A stretch of 64,000 nt of DNA from an uncultured Verrucomicrobiae bacterium (GTDB lineage Bacteria > Verrucomicrobiota > Verrucomicrobiia > Opitutales > JABDGR01), in the NCBI GenBank assembly GCA_963765205.1, contig CAVXVB010000002.1, positions 160,001 to 224,000 of the forward strand, given 5' to 3'. Below are positions 59,513 to 64,000 of the stretch, in pieces. The position numbers were made by a program, and so were the translations under genes. Below the pieces are notes generated by a model. The model ran no database searches. It was not told where the DNA came from and worked only from the letters and a program-made list of their open reading frames with translations. Each line of letters starts with the position of its first letter. Position 1 is the first letter of the stretch.

Positions 59513-62179
59513 TCACTGAGTGGCCAAGGCCGGCGGCGGGGGCGCGGCCTGGCTCACCGTGTGCATTTGCCGGGGGGCCTCGATGGCTTGTTTGACGTTC
59601 AATATTGAATCATGCGAGCCGGTAAACATATCCGAGGGAAATTTGTAATGGTCGAGGATGCGGCGGAGGATGCCAGGGCCGTCGTAGGTGTTGTAGGCCA
59701 GGCCGGCGATGTATTGGAGGCGCAGGTTGCGGTCTTCATTGATTTGCGCGCCCGCGAGCCAGTCGCCCAAATCCACCGCGCGGCCGGCATAGGTGCCGAG
59801 CAAATCCAGCAAGCTGGGGAAGCCCGCTTCGGCGAGCGATTGCTTCACCGCCGCATAAGGCGCGCTGTCCAGCCGGGCCTGTAGTTCGTCCACGTTGATT
59901 TTGGTCGGCTCGACCTGGGCGAAGAGGACGGCGTCGTAGCCGTCGCCGGTCACGTCATTGCTCCAGAGAACGCCGTTGGGAAAGACTTTGAAAAACGTGC
60001 CGAGGACGCTTTTGGCGGAGGTGTCGTTGCTCTCGTAAAACGGAATCCACAGGCTCATCACGCCGCCGGGGTTGAGATGCTCCTTGCACATGGTGTAATA
60101 CTCGACGGTGTTGAGCGCCGCGCAGCCCTTGACCCACGGGTCAATCGGGTCCGAGGTGATGACGTCAAATTTCTCTTTGGTGGTGCGGATGAAGTGGCGG
60201 CCGTCGTCGTAAACGACCGTGACGGTTTTGTCGCCCACCGGCGTGTGGACGATGCGCGGGTTCACGTTCTTGACATTGTCGGCGATGCCGTAGTTTTCCT
60301 TGGTGAACATGGGCGTGACGTATTTGGGCACCAGCGGTTCGATGTCGCAAATCGTGATATTCTTCACGCTTGGGTGCAGCAGGAACGTCCCCGCCGTCAC
60401 GCCGGCGCCGCAGGCCACCACCAGCACGTTTTCCGGCGGTTTGACGGTCGTCAGGGCGGAAATATGACCCAACATCCGTTGCAGGCGCATGTCGCGGGGC
60501 GCGTTTGAGGCCTGCACTTTGCCCGCGGAATGAAAGCTGCGGACGCCGGCCGTGGTCATGGTCACCGCCACGGTGCCGTTGAGGCCTTCGCCCGTGTAGG
60601 TGCAGAAAATGCTCGAAGACCCATCATTCTGCGGCACATCGGCCTCCGGCGTAATGTCCGGCTCCATTTCGCCTTGGTAGGTCGCGACGAAGCGTCCATA
60701 GGCCATGGTGCCCCAGTTGGCGGGGCTGACGGTGTAGCCCAGCAGCGGCGCGGCCACCAGCGTCAGCACCAGTAACACAGCTGCGCCGAGGGCCGGAATC
60801 CGGGCCCGTCCTTGTGCGTCCGCCGGCGTCCATGGTTTAAAGCGCGCGAGCGCCAGGGGTGCGAGGGAGACGAAGGTGGAGAGCGCGGCAAAGCCGATCA
60901 GCAGCCGCTGCGAGGTTTGCGTGCCCCACAGTGGCACGGCCGCGATGCTAAAGAACAGCGCACCGGCAATCGCGCCGACGGTATTCGCCGCGTAAACGCC
61001 GCCGACGAGTCGGCCCGGGTCCTGCCCCGGCGCGGCCACGGCCGCCAGCGCCAGCGGAAAACTCGCGCCCCATAGCATCGCCGCGGGCAATATCGTCCAC
61101 ATGGTCATCACCAAATCCAGTTGAAATATATACCAGGCGCCATCCAGATGTTCGGACGTGGCCTTCAGGCTGCCCGCCAGCGACGGGTCAATCGGCCAGT
61201 GCGGTAGCGAATGGGAGATGTTGAACGAGGCCCACGCCACGCCCGCGATCAGCAGCATCTGGCACACGCCCAGTGCGACGCGTGGGGGCATCCGCGAACG
61301 CGCCGCAAACGAACCCAGGCTGCTCCCGATGCCCAGCCCGAACAGGAACACCGCCAGGATGATGGAAAAGGTGTAAACCGTCCCGCCCAGGATTAAAGAC
61401 AGTAAGCGCGTCCAAATCACCTCGGCCCCCAGCGCGGTCAGGCCCGACAGGCCGATGCTCGTGTAAATGGCCCAGCCGCCGGGCGCGGTGGGCGCGCGGC
61501 CCTTGGATAATGGTTCGGGCGGGGGTTGCACATTGTCGCTGGCCAGCGCGAAGGCCAGCAGGGCGACGATGACGTTGATGGCGGCCGCCACGCAGGTCGC
61601 CGTCACCATGTCATGCACGCGCAGCAAATAAAAGCCCGCCAGTAGGCAGCCGAAGACCGCGCCGGCAATGTTCCCGCCGTAGAAAAAGCCCAGCCACGAC
61701 ACACCGGTGGGGGTCGTTTCCACCCAGCGGGCAATGGCCGGCAGCGTCGCGCCCATCAGCAACGTCGGTGGCACCAGGCACACCGCAGCCACCAGCCCGC
61801 GCGCCACGATGTTCCAATAATCATGCCCGGCCGAGTGGTCGGAGTAAAAGGCCCCGATGGCCGGCACCAGCCACAATTCGAGCAGGCCCATCAGGCCGAC
61901 GCCCAATTCGAGGCATGCGTAAACGCGTAAGGGGTGCCGCCCGCGCCGCACCAGCCGCGACAGGGCGAGGCTCCCGAGGCACATGCCGCCCATAAAGCTG
62001 CCCAGCAGCAGGCCCAGCGAAATTGTGGTCAGCCCAATCACCAGTTGCAGCATCTGATACCAGACGATTTCGTAAATCAGCGCGGCGCACCCGCTGCCGA
62101 TGAATAAAATCAGCATGAGCGGCAGGTAGCGGCTGGTGGTGGACGAGGTGGAGGGGTTGGTCGAGGAGGGGGCGGACAT
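59513..62179 (-). CDS. fused multi-TM / spermidine-synthase-like SAM-dependent protein
   Basis: SGCAALIYEIVW, PTLLMGATLP, EVIWTRLL, YAANTVGA; C-terminal ACGAGVT, CDIEP, DDGRHF, FDVITSDP. Confidence 0.88.
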   Translation of the reverse strand: MSAPSSTNPSTSSTTSRYLPLMLILFIGSGCAALIYEIVWYQMLQLVIGLTTISLGLLLGSFMGGMCLGSLALSRLVRRGRHPLRVYACLELGVGLMGLLELWLVPAIGAFYSDHSAGHDYWNIVARGLVAAVCLVPPTLLMGATLPAIARWVETTPTGVSWLGFFYGGNIAGAVFGCLLAGFYLLRVHDMVTATCVAAAINVIVALLAFALASDNVQPPPEPLSKGRAPTAPGGWAIYTSIGLSGLTALGAEVIWTRLLSLILGGTVYTFSIILAVFLFGLGIGSSLGSFAARSRMPPRVALGVCQMLLIAGVAWASFNISHSLPHWPIDPSLAGSLKATSEHLDGAWYIFQLDLVMTMWTILPAAMLWGASFPLALAAVAAPGQDPGRLVGGVYAANTVGAIAGALFFSIAAVPLWGTQTSQRLLIGFAALSTFVSLAPLALARFKPWTPADAQGRARIPALGAAVLLVLTLVAAPLLGYTVSPANWGTMAYGRFVATYQGEMEPDITPEADVPQNDGSSSIFCTYTGEGLNGTVAVTMTTAGVRSFHSAGKVQASNAPRDMRLQRMLGHISALTTVKPPENVLVVACGAGVTAGTFLLHPSVKNITICDIEPLVPKYVTPMFTKENYGIADNVKNVNPRIVHTPVGDKTVTVVYDDGRHFIRTTKEKFDVITSDPIDPWVKGCAALNTVEYYTMCKEHLNPGGVMSLWIPFYESNDTSAKSVLGTFFKVFPNGVLWSNDVTGDGYDAVLFAQVEPTKINVDELQARLDSAPYAAVKQSLAEAGFPSLLDLLGTYAGRAVDLGDWLAGAQINEDRNLRLQYIAGLAYNTYDGPGILRRILDHYKFPSDMFTGSHDSILNVKQAIEAPRQMHTVSQAAPPPPALATQ

Positions 62180-62308
62180 GGGGTAGGGCGGCGATTAAGC
62201 CGGAAGAGTGGGGTGGGAGCCAAGTAAAAACAACCGGCGTTGGGGAGATCGGACTGGACTGTTCAAGCTAAGCCCTTGGAGGGAAGCAATTTGGTTAAAT
62301 AAACAACA

Positions 62309-62333
62309 GCCTGCTTTCATTCGGAAAGCAGGC
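62309..62333. other. 10-bp perfect hairpin upstream of methyltransferase
   Basis: GCCTGCTTTC-ATTCG-GAAAGCAGGC. Confidence 0.45.
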
Positions 62334-62437
62334 CGCTCGACTTTTAGAAACCAACCCAACGCCAATAAGTCGCGCGGAATGTGGGCGACGGGTCCGTCTT
62401 GCAGTCCTCGGATTTATCCATTATCGCTTTGAAATCG

Positions 62438-63826
62438 ATGGCCACGCAAACAATCTTCCCCCCGGTGGCGCACCTTGGCCGTGGAACCCATGAGTTCCCG
62501 GTTGCGGTCGATGTCCCCAAGGCCCAGCGGGAGGACAACAAGCTAAAGCCAGCGGATCGGATTGCGCACCAATGGTATCGTTTTGTGTTGTCTTTTCCGC
62601 CTCATTTGGTTCGGGACTATGCGGCCAAATTTGAACTCAATAGCCGTCATCGCGTCTTAGACCCTTTTTGTGGAACCGGGACAACCCCGGTCGAGTGCAA
62701 AAAACTCGGCATCAAGTCGGTTGGGTTGGAGGCGAATCCTGTGGCTTCATTCGCCAGCCGCACCAAGGTCAATTGGCAGGTGGATTCAGCCGGGCTGATG
62801 GATCACGCTGAATCCGTAATCTCAGAAACTCAGGAACGCCTGAATAATGAAGGTATCGAAGAGATGACCGATTTGCCGCTTTTTATCAACGGAAAGAACC
62901 ATGTCCATGCTTTGCGGACAATAAGCGAGGAGGGTAACAAACTTCTTTTGGAAAATAGCATCAGCCCTTTGCCGCTACACAAGACGCTCGTATTGCTGGA
63001 AGTCCTAGCCGAACGCAACGACGCGCGTTTTTGCGACCACGAACGACTCGCCTTGGCTTCGGCGTTGGTCAATGACATCAGTAATCTCCATTTTGGCCCG
63101 GAGGTAGGGGTCGGCCCGTCCAAAGTCGACGCACCCGTGCTTTCGCTTTGGTTGGAGAACGTCCGCAATATGGCCGACGACCTTCGCCAGTTGAAAGGGC
63201 TAACACCTCGGGAGTCGATCATCCATGAGGCAGACGCGCGAGACCTAGCTGGCACACTGGCACCCAACTCGATTGACGCCGTTATCACCTCGCCGCCTTA
63301 CCCCAACGAAAAAGACTATACTCGCACCACCCGCCTTGAATCGGTGCTTTTGGGCTTCATCCATTCCAAGAAAGATTTGCAGGCCCTTAAACAAAAGCTG
63401 GTGCGATCGAATACCCGAGGTGTTTATCAGGCCGATGATGACGACCTTTTGGTGTCAGGACACTTGGAAATACAACGAATCTCCGCAGCCATTGAGAGCC
63501 GGCGCATCGAGTTGGGCAAAACTTCGGGATTTGAAAGGCTCTATGCGCGGGTCACCAAGCTCTATTTCGGCGGCATGGCCCGGCACTTGGCGGATTTGCG
63601 CAAGGTGCTTCGACCGGGTGCCCAGCTTGCCTACGTCGTGGGCGATCAAGCTTCTTACCTGCGCGTGATGATCCGAACCGGTCAATTGTTGGCTGACATC
63701 GCGGACTCACTCGGCTACGAAGTGATCAGCCTGGACCTCTTCCGCACCAGGCTGGCGACGGCCACCCGCGAGCAATTGCGCGAAGAAGTGGTCGTTCTCC
63801 GCTGGCCCGGCTCCAAAAAATCCTAA
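62438..63826 (+). CDS. amino-DNA methyltransferase, probably N4-cytosine, alpha-type motif order
   Basis: HQWYRF, VLDPFCGTGTT (motif I), then ITSPPY (motif IV); lower GC than host. Confidence 0.9.
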   Translation: MATQTIFPPVAHLGRGTHEFPVAVDVPKAQREDNKLKPADRIAHQWYRFVLSFPPHLVRDYAAKFELNSRHRVLDPFCGTGTTPVECKKLGIKSVGLEANPVASFASRTKVNWQVDSAGLMDHAESVISETQERLNNEGIEEMTDLPLFINGKNHVHALRTISEEGNKLLLENSISPLPLHKTLVLLEVLAERNDARFCDHERLALASALVNDISNLHFGPEVGVGPSKVDAPVLSLWLENVRNMADDLRQLKGLTPRESIIHEADARDLAGTLAPNSIDAVITSPPYPNEKDYTRTTRLESVLLGFIHSKKDLQALKQKLVRSNTRGVYQADDDDLLVSGHLEIQRISAAIESRRIELGKTSGFERLYARVTKLYFGGMARHLADLRKVLRPGAQLAYVVGDQASYLRVMIRTGQLLADIADSLGYEVISLDLFRTRLATATREQLREEVVVLRWPGSKKS

Positions 63827-63832
63827 TCCGCC

Positions 63833-64000
63833 ATGAAGCTCAAGAACCGATACGCCGCCATCATTGAGCGCATTTTCACCTCCAAATTTAAGGTGGGTCT
63901 GCGGGAGGTGGACTTTGCCCGTGAGGAAATTGAGACTGTGGCGCGCCATCTTCGCATCAAGCTACCCAAGAACCTTGGCGACCTGGTTTACAGCTTTCGC
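63833..64000 (+). CDS. probable restriction endonuclease (partial, runs off window)
   Basis: Read manually: MKLKNRYAAIIERIFTSKFKVGLREVDFAREEIETVARHLRIKLPKNLGDLVYSFR; starts 6 nt after the MTase stop; function inferred from context. Confidence 0.6.
   Translation, partial: MKLKNRYAAIIERIFTSKFKVGLREVDFAREEIETVARHLRIKLPKNLGDLVYSFR

Overview
GC-rich bacterial chromosome segment, most consistent with Verrucomicrobiota (Opitutae-like); this is inferred from the MurC-MurB fusion, a LysM gene inside the dcw cluster, a DUF1592/DUF1552 gene pair and the style of intergenic repeats. The core is a complete division/cell-wall cluster (mraZ-rsmH-ftsL-ftsI-murE-murF-mraY-murD-lysM-ftsW-murG-murC/B-ddl-ftsQ-ftsA-ftsZ, 24.6-44.4 kb). 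Upstream are housekeeping genes (uvrA, beta-CASP nuclease, hemB, cysS, pyrD, cysK, hemA, ccsA, TlpA, NAD kinase, TlyA). Downstream is an accessory block: a three-PAS hybrid kinase with a partner receiver domain fused to an MgtE-type membrane domain, a DUF1592/DUF1552 pair, secreted hydrolases, a membrane spermidine-synthase-like protein and the start of a type II R-M locus. There are five IS elements or remnants (IS1595, two IS5, two IS630) and several intergenic hairpins built from 7- or 9-nt tandem units. Single frameshifts in cysS, rsmH, ftsL, ftsI and the DUF1592 gene most likely reflect long-read assembly errors. The best novel-system candidate is the kinase plus REC-MgtE(TM) module, in which the canonical pore Asp is Asn. 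No rRNA, tRNA or CRISPR array was recognised.
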